Shown: positions 17,262 to 26,981, counted from the stretch's first letter. The stretch: 64,000 bases of DNA from an uncultured bacterium (GCA_966186595.1 CBIFWO010000003.1:306-64305); one strand, 5' to 3'. Program-made: numbers and translations. The notes: a model not told the origin generated them from the sequence alone.

Positions 17262-17492
17262 TTAGAAAGCGAGCTGGTGATCGCCCGAGATGCAGTTCGG
17301 GCATACCGGCTTCTCTGGAACCGGTTGGCCAGCGGGAATGTTGAACGTCTGGCGACAGATGCAGTTCGGCATTCTGCAGTCACAGGTTGCCTTTTGGTCA
17401 CTGTCCACCTGAAAGCAGCTCCTCTCATTAGCCGAACATATTCGAATGTGCTCGTTATCATACTCCTCAACTGAGCAGAGATCAAGGTTCAT
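17262..17492 (-). CDS. small Cys-rich protein Z1 (76 aa)
   Basis: Shares TC.C....C.C...F.IPAGQ.VP..P.C..C..G.H with Z2 and Z3. Has a longer N-terminus. No clear SD; its ATG lies 11 nt after a hairpin (17504..17538). Confidence 0.5.
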   Translation of the reverse strand: MNLDLCSVEEYDNEHIRICSANERSCFQVDSDQKATCDCRMPNCICRQTFNIPAGQPVPEKPVCPNCISGDHQLAF

Positions 17493-17616
17493 AAAGGACG
17501 AAAGCCGTGACCGGGACTACTTACCGACCGGCCACGGCCTGTACATTCGAGTCACCATGTATGGTCGTTGATCTTCGCCGGTCCGCATCCGGTTGTGAAG
17601 CGACCAAGGAGACTAC

Positions 17617-17799
17617 CTACGAGCCAGGGTGATTACCGCTGGCACATTGTGGACAAATCGGAAATTCTGGAACTACCTGCCCGGCTGGAATCCTGAAGTC
17701 CCTGGTGCAGGGGCAGTCATTCACCATGCAGTAGCAGGTGTACGACCCTCCATTGCTGATCTCCAGTTCCTCACCATTATTTTTACCAAACCAGGTCAC
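17617..17799 (-). CDS. small Cys-rich protein Z2 (60 aa)
   Basis: GTG start 9 nt after GGAGG. Sequence MTWFGKNNGEELEISNGGSYTCYCMVNDCPCTRDFRIPAGQVVPEFPICPQCASGNH. Confidence 0.6.
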   Translation of the reverse strand: MTWFGKNNGEELEISNGGSYTCYCMVNDCPCTRDFRIPAGQVVPEFPICPQCASGNHPGS

Positions 17800-17967
17800 T
17801 AGGCCTTGCCTCCTCTGTCGTCAGGGTCTTCGAACGTCTTGAATCATAGCAGACAAAGGGGAAAGAATCTAGGCTAGTAGGGGCCAGGACCGGCACTATC
17901 TTTAAACTAGTCCTGGCCCCCGGTTCGAGCCTCACCCAGGGCAGCACTCACCGTGTGGCCGATGGAC

Positions 17968-18147
17968 CTACAGGTATAAATGCCTTCCTGCTACACATCG
18001 GGAGCACTTCGGTGTACTCGGTACCGGTTGCCCGGCGGGGATGATGAAACTGTCTTGGCAGATGCAGAGGGTGTGTGAGCATCTGCACGTGTAGGCGGCT
18101 CCTGCACTGATCTCAACCTCATTGCTGCCACTGCCCCATAAAGGCAT
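17968..18147 (-). CDS. small Cys-rich protein Z3 (59 aa from ATG 18147; track ORF extends to 18180)
   Basis: MPLWGSGSNEVEISAGAAYTCRCSHTLCICQDSFIIPAGQPVPSTPKCSRCVAGRH aligns end to end with Z2. AAGGG lies 6 nt before the ATG. A perfect 11-bp hairpin sits downstream at 17880..17920. Confidence 0.6.
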   Translation of the reverse strand: MPLWGSGSNEVEISAGAAYTCRCSHTLCICQDSFIIPAGQPVPSTPKCSRCVAGRHLYL

Positions 18148-18227
18148 TGGACGCCCTTCTCTTCCGTTGCGAGCTAGCACGAACGTATCTACTGTAGCAC
18201 TTGATGCTCCTGTTGACCAGTGGTTAC

Positions 18228-19265
18228 TTAATAATAATTTTCGTGTTTAAAATAGTAATGCAAACGGGTAACGATTCGTTCGCCCAGCATTCGCCATACT
18301 TTATAGGCAAAAGGTCTGACAACAATATCGTACGCACCGACATAATCAGTGACTTCTTTGTTAAAGCTAGTCTTAAACCTGCCGATGCCGTAGTGGGGAT
18401 GATCGGGGTTGTTGATCTGATCTGAAGGAGGTGCGCCACAAAGGTCATGGGAAGTAACACCTTTTTCCTTTACCCACTTGATAACATGCCACTGCAAGAG
18501 GTGGCTGGCCCCGTAGACGGTTCGTTCGCGAACGGATGCGCCGTCTTTGTAGGTGCCTTTTTTGCCAAAGGTGATCGCATAGGCACCCGCGACGATCTGT
18601 TTATCGACGTAGGCAAAGAAAAGCTGTCCGAGGTTTGCCTGGGCATAGCGCTGCCAGAATGTCTTGTAGTAGTCAAAGCTTCGGATTCGGAATGATTCGG
18701 CGGCTGTTTCAGCGAGGAGGTCGTACATTATTCTGCAGTTTTCATCACTTGAATCCACACGTTTTACTGTAACTCCGTCGCGCTCGGCTCGACGAATGGC
18801 GTGGCGACCCTTTTGATTAAGATTACTCATGATGGTGTCGAGATCGGGCGATAGGTCAAGAAGGACAGTCGAGGAATTTGGTTGAATCGGGCGGACTTTG
18901 ATCAGGCCTAACTTCATAAGATCTGCCAGCGTCTCATCTTTTTTGATCAGTTCTGGCTCGATTTTTACCGCAAAAACACCATTTTCCTCAGCGAATTTCC
19001 TGAGGGGAGGAAGAAGGCTATCGAGCTGTCGGACTGAGGTAACTCCCGGGCCTTTTGGAATGTACCATAGTTTGCCGAGACCGACGATGGATTTCTCCAA
19101 GACAGTGATGGCGAGGTTTTCGGCCTCGACAAAACGCGGCTCCCATCCACCCAACCTTTTTTGCTCGGCAAATTCGGACCCTTGAAAGACATTGCCGCCG
19201 TCCGGATTGGCGAGAATACGGTCATTCCAGTTAGATTCTGTGTCGGGCGTAACGAATGTAATCAT
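18228..19265 (-). CDS. FemAB-family peptidoglycan interpeptide-bridge aminoacyltransferase (second paralog)
   Basis: 345 aa. GNVFQGSEFAEQKRLGGWEPRF matches the FemAB N-terminal signature. Same length class as the 9216..10187 gene. Confidence 0.75.
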   Translation of the reverse strand: MITFVTPDTESNWNDRILANPDGGNVFQGSEFAEQKRLGGWEPRFVEAENLAITVLEKSIVGLGKLWYIPKGPGVTSVRQLDSLLPPLRKFAEENGVFAVKIEPELIKKDETLADLMKLGLIKVRPIQPNSSTVLLDLSPDLDTIMSNLNQKGRHAIRRAERDGVTVKRVDSSDENCRIMYDLLAETAAESFRIRSFDYYKTFWQRYAQANLGQLFFAYVDKQIVAGAYAITFGKKGTYKDGASVRERTVYGASHLLQWHVIKWVKEKGVTSHDLCGAPPSDQINNPDHPHYGIGRFKTSFNKEVTDYVGAYDIVVRPFAYKVWRMLGERIVTRLHYYFKHENYY

Positions 19266-19301
19266 AGATTTATTGTAGCAATATAGTGCTACAATCGTGG
19301 T

Positions 19302-19742
19302 ATGAGTGAGGAACTAATCAGCGCCTATGATATTCGCGGCACCGAAGAAACGGGCCTCACAATTGATTGTGCGTGGAATGCGGGCAAGGCTCTGGCTGAT
19401 TGGTTGCCGGAAGATGGCGATATTGTTGTAGCGACAACTCCTGAATACAAGAAGTTGGCCGAAGCAGTTATTGAAGGTCTACGCCTGCAGGGGCGGAATG
19501 TGATCGATGCCGGGACAAGTGATAAGAATATAGTGACGTCGTATATTGTGACTGGCGGGCTGGCTGGTGCGGTGTTAATCGGGTTTGATGAGATGGAAAA
19601 GGTGATCACGATTGGCTTCTATCAGGAAGGTGGCAAGTTGATTGATCGAGAGAGTGGTCTAAAAGAAATTTGTGCTTCAGTTAGGGCGGGGAATTTTGTA
19701 CCTGCGGCAACGAAGGGAAATCTCTCTCGAATATCTCTATGA
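19302..19742 (+). CDS. stand-alone phosphohexomutase domain-I-like protein (degenerate)
   Basis: 146 aa. The N-terminal AYDIRG motif is as in PMM/PGM domain I, but GFDEME stands where the catalytic T-A-S-H-N-P loop is expected. Confidence 0.5.
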   Translation: MSEELISAYDIRGTEETGLTIDCAWNAGKALADWLPEDGDIVVATTPEYKKLAEAVIEGLRLQGRNVIDAGTSDKNIVTSYIVTGGLAGAVLIGFDEMEKVITIGFYQEGGKLIDRESGLKEICASVRAGNFVPAATKGNLSRISL

Positions 19743-19751
19743 GTTAAGAAA

Positions 19752-19778
19752 TTAGCACTCATGCCTTGCAAGTGCTAA
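19752..19778 (+). promoter_or_regulatory. CIRCE (HrcA operator) upstream of groES
   Basis: TTAGCACTC-N9-AAGTGCTAA versus the consensus TTAGCACTC-N9-GAGTGCTAA. Followed by T7 and TACAAT at 19789..19794. Confidence 0.85.
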
Positions 19779-19827
19779 TTTTTTTGTCTACAATGGTTTT
19801 GCGAATAAAAAACGGAGGAGCAAAAGC

Positions 19828-20091
19828 ATGAGCGCACCGATTAAACCTCTGGCAGATCGTATCGTAGCAGTGAAGGAAGAAGCTGCGACCAAGACTGCGA
19901 GTGGACTCTACTTACCAGACAACGCAAAAGAGAAGCCTGTGCTTGCAAGGGTCGAGGCTGTTGGACCTGATGTGAAAACACTAAAGGTTGGCGATAAAAT
20001 CGTGTACAAAGAGTACTCGACGACAGAACTGAAGATTGACGGAACTGAGTATTTGATTGTTAAAGAAGAAGACGTGTTGGCAACGGTCTAG
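19828..20091 (+). CDS. groES: co-chaperonin GroES
   Basis: 87 aa. IKPLADRIVAV...ASGLYLPD mobile loop. GGAGG SD. Confidence 0.95.
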   Translation: MSAPIKPLADRIVAVKEEAATKTASGLYLPDNAKEKPVLARVEAVGPDVKTLKVGDKIVYKEYSTTELKIDGTEYLIVKEEDVLATV

Positions 20092-20100
20092 GAGAAATAT

Positions 20101-21744
20101 ATGGCAAAGAAAGTTTTTTACGATGATGACGCGCGAAACCGCGTGATGGGCGGGGCGAAGGCGCTGTATGATGCAGTTAAAGTAACCTACGGTCCCAAGG
20201 GTCGCAATGTGGTAATCGCGAAGGGGTATGGCGGCCCAACGGTTACGCATGATGGAGTAACGGTGGCTGAGAGTGTCGATCTGCCTGAAAATGACGATGA
20301 AACTCTTGGGTATAAAGTTGGTGCCGAGCTGATCAAGCAAGCCGCAAGCAAGCTCAATAAGGTAGCGGGTGACGGTACGACTACGGTGACTGTCCTTACC
20401 TATAACATCTTGAAAGAGGCAAACCGCCTGATCGCGGCTGGTCACAATCCGCAGGAACTGCGAAAGGGAATCGAAGCGGCTGGTGCCGAGGTGGTCAAGC
20501 AACTGGATGGCCTGGCTGAAAGTATCGAAGGCAAAACCGACCGCGTCGCCGAAGTGGCAACAATCAGTGCGGGTGACGGGGAAATCGGTAAATTGATCGC
20601 CAATGTTATCGAAAAAGTGGGCAAGGACGGTGTTGTGACCGTCGAGGCCAGTCAGGGACTCGAGCTAGAAGCCGAAGTAGTAGAAGGATTTAGTTTGGAT
20701 CGCGGATTCGTCAGTCAATTCTTTGTGACCGATACAGCTCGCCAGGAAGCTGTCTATGAAAAACCAGCTATCTTGATTACTGACAAGAAGATCAGCAACG
20801 TTGCTGAGTTCCTGCCGATCCTGGAAAAACTTGCTCAGGCCGGCAAGAAGGATGTCGTACTTATTGCAGACGAAGTTGAGGGCGAAGCGCTGAGCATCCT
20901 TGTTTTGAATAAGCTAAAGGGTGTATTCAACACCGTTGCAGTCAAGGCGCCTGCGTTTGGTGACCGCCGCAAGGAAATTTTACAGGATATAGCGACGCTG
21001 ACTGGTGCAACTGTCATTAGCGAAGACCAAGGTCTGACCTTTGAAAACGTTGAACTGGATGTCCTGGGTGCTGCCCGCAAGGTGATCGTTGGTAAGGATG
21101 AGACCACGATTGTCGAGGGCGCCGGCAAGGCAACTGCCGTGAAATCTCGCATTGCACAGATTGTCGCTCAGGCTGAAAACGCAACGAGCGAATATGACAA
21201 GGAGCAGTACGAAAAGCGAGCGGCTGCTCTTTCTGGTAAAGTTGCTGTCATCAAGGTAGGTGGCGCGACTGAGACTGCGATTGATGAAATGAAGTTTCGT
21301 GTGGACGACGCGGTGGCTGCAACCAAGGCCGCACTGGCTGAAGGGATTGTTGCTGGTGGCGGTGTGACGCTGGTGAATCTTGCGGCAAGTGTCAAGGCGG
21401 AAGGTGCGGACAGTATTAGCGCTGGTCGTCAGATTCTAAAGAATGCGCTGAAGCAGCCGTTCCTCCAGATTACCGCAAATGCTGGTCTGAACAGTGAGGC
21501 ACTTCTTGCCCAGGTGGAAGCCGGCAAGCCTGGTTTTGGAGTCAACGTGATGTCTCCTGAAAAAGGCCTCGTTGATGTCAAGAAAACCGGGGTGATCGAT
21601 CCTGTTAAGGTGACGAAAGAAGCAGTGCGAAACGCGGTTTCAATCGCATCAACAGCTGCAACAATGGGCGCACTTGTGGTTGAAATTCCGGAAAAGGAAG
21701 AAGCAGCACCTGCCGGTGGTATGCCTGGCATGGGGATGATGTAG
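20101..21744 (+). CDS. groEL: chaperonin GroEL
   Basis: 547 aa. [11 protein letters not shown] motif and a C-terminal GGMPGMGMM tail. Confidence 0.97.
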   Translation: MAKKVFYDDDARNRVMGGAKALYDAVKVTYGPKGRNVVIAKGYGGPTVTHDGVTVAESVDLPENDDETLGYKVGAELIKQAASKLNKVAGDGTTTVTVLTYNILKEANRLIAAGHNPQELRKGIEAAGAEVVKQLDGLAESIEGKTDRVAEVATISAGDGEIGKLIANVIEKVGKDGVVTVEASQGLELEAEVVEGFSLDRGFVSQFFVTDTARQEAVYEKPAILITDKKISNVAEFLPILEKLAQAGKKDVVLIADEVEGEALSILVLNKLKGVFNTVAVKAPAFGDRRKEILQDIATLTGATVISEDQGLTFENVELDVLGAARKVIVGKDETTIVEGAGKATAVKSRIAQIVAQAENATSEYDKEQYEKRAAALSGKVAVIKVGGATETAIDEMKFRVDDAVAATKAALAEGIVAGGGVTLVNLAASVKAEGADSISAGRQILKNALKQPFLQITANAGLNSEALLAQVEAGKPGFGVNVMSPEKGLVDVKKTGVIDPVKVTKEAVRNAVSIASTAATMGALVVEIPEKEEAAPAGGMPGMGMM

Positions 21745-21772
21745 TTTTTCGAACTAAGACTATTCCAACATG

Positions 21773-21804
21773 AAAAACAGACCCGTATCATAGGGTCTGT
21801 TTTT
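21773..21804 (+). terminator. rho-independent terminator after groEL
   Basis: Stem acagaccc / gggtctgt with an 8-nt loop, flanked by A5 and T4+. Confidence 0.8.
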
Positions 21805-21850
21805 CATGTTAAGGGCTGTGACTGCATGTCAACTTGAGGAATATGCACCA

Positions 21851-21879
21851 TTGCATTATATTAAAAAATATGTTATAAT
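21851..21879 (+). promoter_or_regulatory. sigma70-type promoter (TTGCAT-N17-TATAAT)
   Basis: TTGCAT at 21851..21856 and TATAAT at 21874..21879. AAGGGGAG SD before ATG 21916. Confidence 0.65.
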
Positions 21880-21915
21880 TACTCCATACGTCCGACTAGA
21901 CCGTAAGGGGAGAAT

Positions 21916-22353
21916 ATGGACGTCGATGAGACTCTGTTGGCTCGCTGCCAGTCAGCCCTCGACCAACTGCGCGATGCCAGCCAGAACTCCGAATTTCGCT
22001 CAACTGATGGGCGGAATGGAGCGATCAGCGGCAAGTCGGCGCTGTCGGCTGTCGGCATCCGGGGTGACGAGGCACAGGAAGTTCGCTACTACCTCCGCCA
22101 GCTCGGGTTGGCCAAGGCGGCGGAGGAGAGCGAACACGCTTCCAACCTGTGGTACTGGGACATCAGTTACGACGGGGGCGTCGAAGCCGATGCACTCCAG
22201 AAGCTGACAGAAGAGAAGCCTTGGAAGGGCCGCTCGAAGCGGCGGGGCGAGATCGACCCCAACGTCGAGAAGATCGCGGAGTTGACCGCGAAGCTCGCGG
22301 TGGCCGAAGCCGAACTGGCGCGCTACAAGCAGCGCTACGGCGAACTCGACTGA
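21916..22353 (+). CDS. GC-rich hypothetical protein with C-terminal coiled coil
   Basis: 145 aa with G/C-ending codons and its own promoter, SD and terminator. No recognisable family. Confidence 0.6.
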   Translation: MDVDETLLARCQSALDQLRDASQNSEFRSTDGRNGAISGKSALSAVGIRGDEAQEVRYYLRQLGLAKAAEESEHASNLWYWDISYDGGVEADALQKLTEEKPWKGRSKRRGEIDPNVEKIAELTAKLAVAEAELARYKQRYGELD

Positions 22354-22408
22354 TCGTTCCACTCATCTTATGCGCAGGATTCGTCCAGCGAAGTCAGATA
22401 CACTGGCG

Positions 22409-22439
22409 CCCCGCATCTGCAGATGCGGGGTTGAGTTTT
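22409..22439. terminator. bidirectional rho-independent terminator
   Basis: Perfect palindrome ccccgcatctgcagatgcgggg followed by ttgagtttt. Lies between convergent genes. Confidence 0.8.
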
Positions 22440-22446
22440 AATTAAA

Positions 22447-22953
22447 TTAGGCAGACTGCTGCTGACCACCAGAGAGATAGTCGATTTCTTTGATGATGTC
22501 TAGGAGTGCTTGTGCTCGGCGTGCTTCATCGGCAATGTTTTTTGCTGCATCGTGCGCCGGAGCAATCAAGGCTTGATCATCTGTTGAACGAAGAAGCAGA
22601 AGGTAAGTGTCAAATTTTTCCTCAGGTGAAACGTCCAGCTTATCGACGAGTGGACGAAGTTCGTTCAGAGCACTTTGTTTAATTGTTTCAAGATCGCCGC
22701 TGACGGGTGACGCGATTGGTGCGGCCGTCGGAGCGGGGGGAACGACAGGAAGCTCCGGTTCCGCTACAGGCACTGGATCTGGAAGTGTTGCCGCAGCCTC
22801 GACAGTTTCATCTGCCTCGGTCGTGGCAGAATCATCGGCGACAGGAGTTGCTGCAGCCTCGTCTGCTTGTTGATTCACGCCGGCGAGCACCTTGGCCAGT
22901 TCTTGGTCATCGCTAATTGGTTGCTGATTCGTTGGTTGAATGTCCATACCCAC
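22447..22953 (-). CDS. hypothetical acidic Pro/Ala-rich protein
   Basis: 168 aa. Low-complexity acidic N-terminal half and a helical C-terminal half. No family recognised. Confidence 0.55.
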   Translation of the reverse strand: MGMDIQPTNQQPISDDQELAKVLAGVNQQADEAAATPVADDSATTEADETVEAAATLPDPVPVAEPELPVVPPAPTAAPIASPVSGDLETIKQSALNELRPLVDKLDVSPEEKFDTYLLLLRSTDDQALIAPAHDAAKNIADEARRAQALLDIIKEIDYLSGGQQQSA

Positions 22954-23051
22954 CTCTGATATTAGTACTTATGCTTCGTTACTAAATACTGTATCATAAT
23001 AAGAGTACATGAGTAAAGCGAAGCTCATTTATTCCATTAGCGGGGAGGGCT

Positions 23052-24140
23052 ATGATGTTAGACGATGATAATGTTTTAAAGCAGCGCGATCCGCTGAATG
23101 CTTTGGGCGTTGCTGCCATGCAATTTGAACAGGCGAAATTTCCGGTAAGGGTCGACAATCCGGAACATGACGGCCGCGAGATCACGCGTATTGTTGTGGC
23201 AGGGATGGGTGGATCAGCACTCGCGGCACTTCTCATAAAATCAGTGTTCAGCGATGAATTTACCGTGCCGTTCGAGGTGGTTCGAACCTATGATTTGCCA
23301 GAGTATGTGGACTTTAACACACTTGTCATTGCCAGTAGCCACTCGGGTAATACGGAGGAGACATTGAACGCGCTGGCTCAAGCGAAAACGAAGAATGCCC
23401 AAGTCGGCACGATTGCTTCTGGTGGCAAGCTACTGGATGATGCTAAGGCGAATTCGATAGCCTATGTCGAGATTCCCGCAGGTTTGCAGCCGCGCATGGC
23501 GATGATTACCAATCTACGGGCACTCGCAGCGTTACTAGTGCATTTTGGGGTAATGCGCCACGAACGTTTTGCGCAAATTGCCGAGCAGGCAGACTGGCTA
23601 GAGGAGCAGACCAAGAATTGGACGAGTGATGTGACGGTAGACAAGAACTACGCCAAGCAGCTGGCCCTCCTCGCGGTGGGCAAGACGCCGGTGTTTTACG
23701 CCGGTCCACTCATGGCACCGATTGCGTACAAGTGGAAAATCAGTTGGAATGAAAATGCCAAAAACGTGGCGTTTTGGAACGAGTATCCCGAATTTAATCA
23801 CAATGAATTTATTGGCTGGACATCGCACCCCGTCGAGAAACCGTTCATTATCTTTGACCTGACCAGTAGTTTCGAGCCCCCTCGCGTACTAAAACGTATG
23901 GAGATTAGCGATCGGCTGCTCAGCGGCATGCGACCAAAAGCCAATACGATCAAGATAGAAGGTGAGTCGCCCATTGCTCAATGTTTGTGGGGATGTATCC
24001 TGGCAGACTTTGTCAGCACTTACGTCGCGATTCTCAATGGCGTAGATCCGACGCCGGTTGAGTTGGTGGAGAAGCTAAAAAGAGAATTGGCGAATGACCA
24101 AACCTCCTTTGCGTCGCCTCATCGCCATGAAGGCATTTAG
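23052..24140 (+). CDS. bifunctional phosphoglucose/phosphomannose isomerase (SIS domain, PGI/PMI family)
   Basis: 362 aa. VAGMGGSALAA and SHSGNTEET SIS motifs. The length fits archaeal-type PGI/PMI. Confidence 0.75.
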   Translation: MMLDDDNVLKQRDPLNALGVAAMQFEQAKFPVRVDNPEHDGREITRIVVAGMGGSALAALLIKSVFSDEFTVPFEVVRTYDLPEYVDFNTLVIASSHSGNTEETLNALAQAKTKNAQVGTIASGGKLLDDAKANSIAYVEIPAGLQPRMAMITNLRALAALLVHFGVMRHERFAQIAEQADWLEEQTKNWTSDVTVDKNYAKQLALLAVGKTPVFYAGPLMAPIAYKWKISWNENAKNVAFWNEYPEFNHNEFIGWTSHPVEKPFIIFDLTSSFEPPRVLKRMEISDRLLSGMRPKANTIKIEGESPIAQCLWGCILADFVSTYVAILNGVDPTPVELVEKLKRELANDQTSFASPHRHEGI

Positions 24141-24158
24141 GGATATTCGGGACTAAAA

Positions 24159-24743
24159 TTAATCTCTGATTAATTCTGCAATCTTTTGTGAGGTATGATC
24201 AATTGAATCAAGTCCGTTAATAGTGGTGACATTATCAAAGTATTTCATGATGTCGCGGTAGCTTTGGTGAAGTTGGTTCAGGTACGAAGGAGTCATGACG
24301 ATGTCGTCAATCGGATCATGAATGCCAGTTGCGGCGTGACGCGCTATCGATATCTCTGTTGGTTGATCGAAGAAAAGCACTGTATCTGTCAAAGAGAAAT
24401 AGCGGGATAGGGAGTTATGGACAGCAAGACTTTCCTCAGGGGTAATCCTTTTCTGTGCTTGGTAGACACCCGCCCATGCTAGGGTGTCGTTGATCCCTCT
24501 GTCAAGGAGGAGAAAGTCAACTTGATCGTGTAGGCATTTAAAGTAATAGGATAGCGCAGTCGTGGCTCGCATCATAATGAAAGCAAGACTTTCTTCTACG
24601 GGGATGTGCTCTACACCCGGTCGGTTTCGATCATCTAGAATAGCAACCTTATAACCCTGCTCTAGTAGGCTATCCTTTAGAATGTGTAACTGTGTTGTTT
24701 TGCCAGCCCGCGGCATCCCAATAAATTCTATCGTACGCATCAT
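24159..24743 (-). CDS. P-loop nucleoside/nucleotide kinase-like protein
   Basis: 194 aa. Walker A GMPRAGKTT. Size and layout resemble dNK/thymidylate-kinase proteins. Substrate unknown. Confidence 0.55.
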   Translation of the reverse strand: MMRTIEFIGMPRAGKTTQLHILKDSLLEQGYKVAILDDRNRPGVEHIPVEESLAFIMMRATTALSYYFKCLHDQVDFLLLDRGINDTLAWAGVYQAQKRITPEESLAVHNSLSRYFSLTDTVLFFDQPTEISIARHAATGIHDPIDDIVMTPSYLNQLHQSYRDIMKYFDNVTTINGLDSIDHTSQKIAELIRD

Positions 24744-24779
24744 GTAAGTATATCTAACCAGTGAGACGATTTGAAATGA

Positions 24780-25709
24780 TTAACTCTTTTTTGGCAGGAA
24801 GTTCTCACCGAGCATGCAGCGAACGCTTCCGCCGCCAATTGTTTCGATGGTGGGAATGGCGAATGGTAGTAAGGTTTTGTCTTTACCAAGTGCCGATCGT
24901 TGTTCGGCAGTAAAGTTGTCGTGAGCTGTTTGGCTCATGGCAACGAATAATTCGCCATCATCATTTTGAAGTTCTAATACGTTGCCGCAAAACGCTGACA
25001 TTTGTGCTTGTGAAATCTCGATAACTTCATGGCTGGTGTTTTTCAGGGTATCGAGGACGAGTTGTCGTTCGGTGTCGTCGGTAATTGCTTCTGCACAAAG
25101 AACGGCCGTCGTACTTTGAATACCCATAAGAACGTTGGTGTGATAGACAGGGGTGCCGTCCTGGCCATAGGCATGGAATAGTATCGGTTTGTAGCCCAGT
25201 TCCACGGCATGATTTGTAAAGAGGCCAGTATCGCAACGTGGCGAAATACATCCGTAGACGATCTTATTTTCGTGGTCAAAGATCATTACTCCCGTGCTTT
25301 CGAGGGCCAGGCCATACTCTTCGGTCGGGCTCATATCGGTGATTTGTGCGATCTTAAAATCTTTGGATAGGTTTTCAACTGCCGCGTAACTTCGCTCGAT
25401 GCGACGACTTTGGGTCGCCATCGGGTAAAGATACATGTAGCCATTAGACCAAGTACTAAACCAGTTGTTTGGGAAAACGGCGTCGGGTTTTCGGAGTGTG
25501 TCGGTGTCTTCAAAAACAGTGACGTGCACGCCGTTTTGACGCAGCTTTTCAACCATAGAACCGAATTCTTGGTCAGCTCGCTCGTGAACTTCCTTCGAAC
25601 TGAGCTCGGTGTGATTTTGAAATGTATTGGTAACTGCAGTCTGCTCGTTAAAGCCAAAGCTTGTCGGGCGAACCATCAAGACGGCCGAGGTTGATTGTAA
25701 TGATTTCAT
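24780..25709 (-). CDS. guanidino-group-modifying enzyme (amidinotransferase / arginine-deiminase-related, CtlX-like)
   Basis: 309 aa. The C-terminal GGGSVRCMLGE carries the catalytic Cys typical of the GME superfamily. Confidence 0.7.
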   Translation of the reverse strand: MKSLQSTSAVLMVRPTSFGFNEQTAVTNTFQNHTELSSKEVHERADQEFGSMVEKLRQNGVHVTVFEDTDTLRKPDAVFPNNWFSTWSNGYMYLYPMATQSRRIERSYAAVENLSKDFKIAQITDMSPTEEYGLALESTGVMIFDHENKIVYGCISPRCDTGLFTNHAVELGYKPILFHAYGQDGTPVYHTNVLMGIQSTTAVLCAEAITDDTERQLVLDTLKNTSHEVIEISQAQMSAFCGNVLELQNDDGELFVAMSQTAHDNFTAEQRSALGKDKTLLPFAIPTIETIGGGSVRCMLGENFLPKKS

Positions 25710-25754
25710 AATGAGATCATTATAGACCTACGTATGATGTGTGTAAATAGTCGT

Positions 25755-26981
25755 CTAACGATACAATCGAAGCGATTCGATAGGGTCTTTCTTGGCTGCT
25801 CGAGCTGCGGGGTAAAGGCCAAAGAGGATGCCGACAGCAAGCGATGTACCGAACGAGATCGCAGCGATTTCCCAGGTGATTGCCGGATCGAACGGTAGTA
25901 GGGTGCTGATGGCAAAAGCTAAAAGATAGCCACCGAGATACCCAAGCACACCTCCGATAATACTGATAATGAGAGCTTCGGTCATGAATTGCCAGACGAT
26001 GTTGCGGTTGCTGGCACCGACGGCTTTTCGCAGGCCAATTTCGCGCGTGCGTTCCGCGACACCTACCAGCATGATATTCATGATACCGATTCCACCTACG
26101 ACAAGCGAAATTGCGGCGATAGTCGTCATGACAACCGTAATTGCCTGGAACAATTGGCTGCTGGGACGCGCCACATCTTTACCGGACAGGATGGTGAAGT
26201 CCTTTTCGCCCAGGTGGTTTGTTTGCAAAGTTTTTTCGACAGAATTGATCATAGTCGGGAGATGTCCTGTACTTTCAGCGCGGATATTGATTTGTTGGAT
26301 TTGGGCAATTCCTTGATGGAAGCTCTTGCCGCTTTCCAGACTGATGATAGCGGCATGGTCAAAGTCGACGTTATTGAAATTGATCGGATTGTTGATGCGT
26401 TTTAGGATGCCGATGACGGTGAATTTTTGACCGCGTACAGTAAAGGTTCGTCCGATGGATTGATCAGTTCCAAAGAGGTCAATTGACAGCTGGCTGCCAA
26501 GTACCGCCGTATCGCGATTGGTAACACTATCGATAAATTGGCCGTCGCGGATTGGTAGTTTGGCGATATCCACGAGCGATGGTGTCGAAGCAACGATAGT
26601 GCTCTCCTTGGCTACGGTGTCATTCGCGCGGATGCTACTGTTGACGATCATAATTGGTGCCGCGTCTCTTACGTCATCTAGTTGCTCCAGATCAATTAAA
26701 TCCTGCTCGGTGATAGTGCTGGCAATGTACGACTGGGGCGAGATTGTCTGTATGAGCCCGGCGCTGCTCGTACTGCCGGGGCGCAGAACCGCGATGTTGC
26801 CCTCGAGTGAATCGACTTGGCGCGAAATAATATTAGTAATACCACTGCTCAGCGACAAGATAGTGGTGATGCTAGCTACGCCAATCGCCACGCCGATGAC
26901 GGTGAGGAGCGTTCGCATGCGAGTATTCCTAAGCGAATGGCGGGCGGTATGGATATGTTCGAAGAGAAGGGGGCGGGTCAT
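25755..26981 (-). CDS. ABC transporter permease, MacB/FtsX type
   Basis: 408 aa. One N-terminal TM, a large extracytoplasmic domain, and a C-terminal 3-TM FtsX module (REIGLRKAVGA). Confidence 0.85.
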   Translation of the reverse strand: MTRPLLFEHIHTARHSLRNTRMRTLLTVIGVAIGVASITTILSLSSGITNIISRQVDSLEGNIAVLRPGSTSSAGLIQTISPQSYIASTITEQDLIDLEQLDDVRDAAPIMIVNSSIRANDTVAKESTIVASTPSLVDIAKLPIRDGQFIDSVTNRDTAVLGSQLSIDLFGTDQSIGRTFTVRGQKFTVIGILKRINNPINFNNVDFDHAAIISLESGKSFHQGIAQIQQINIRAESTGHLPTMINSVEKTLQTNHLGEKDFTILSGKDVARPSSQLFQAITVVMTTIAAISLVVGGIGIMNIMLVGVAERTREIGLRKAVGASNRNIVWQFMTEALIISIIGGVLGYLGGYLLAFAISTLLPFDPAITWEIAAISFGTSLAVGILFGLYPAARAAKKDPIESLRLYR

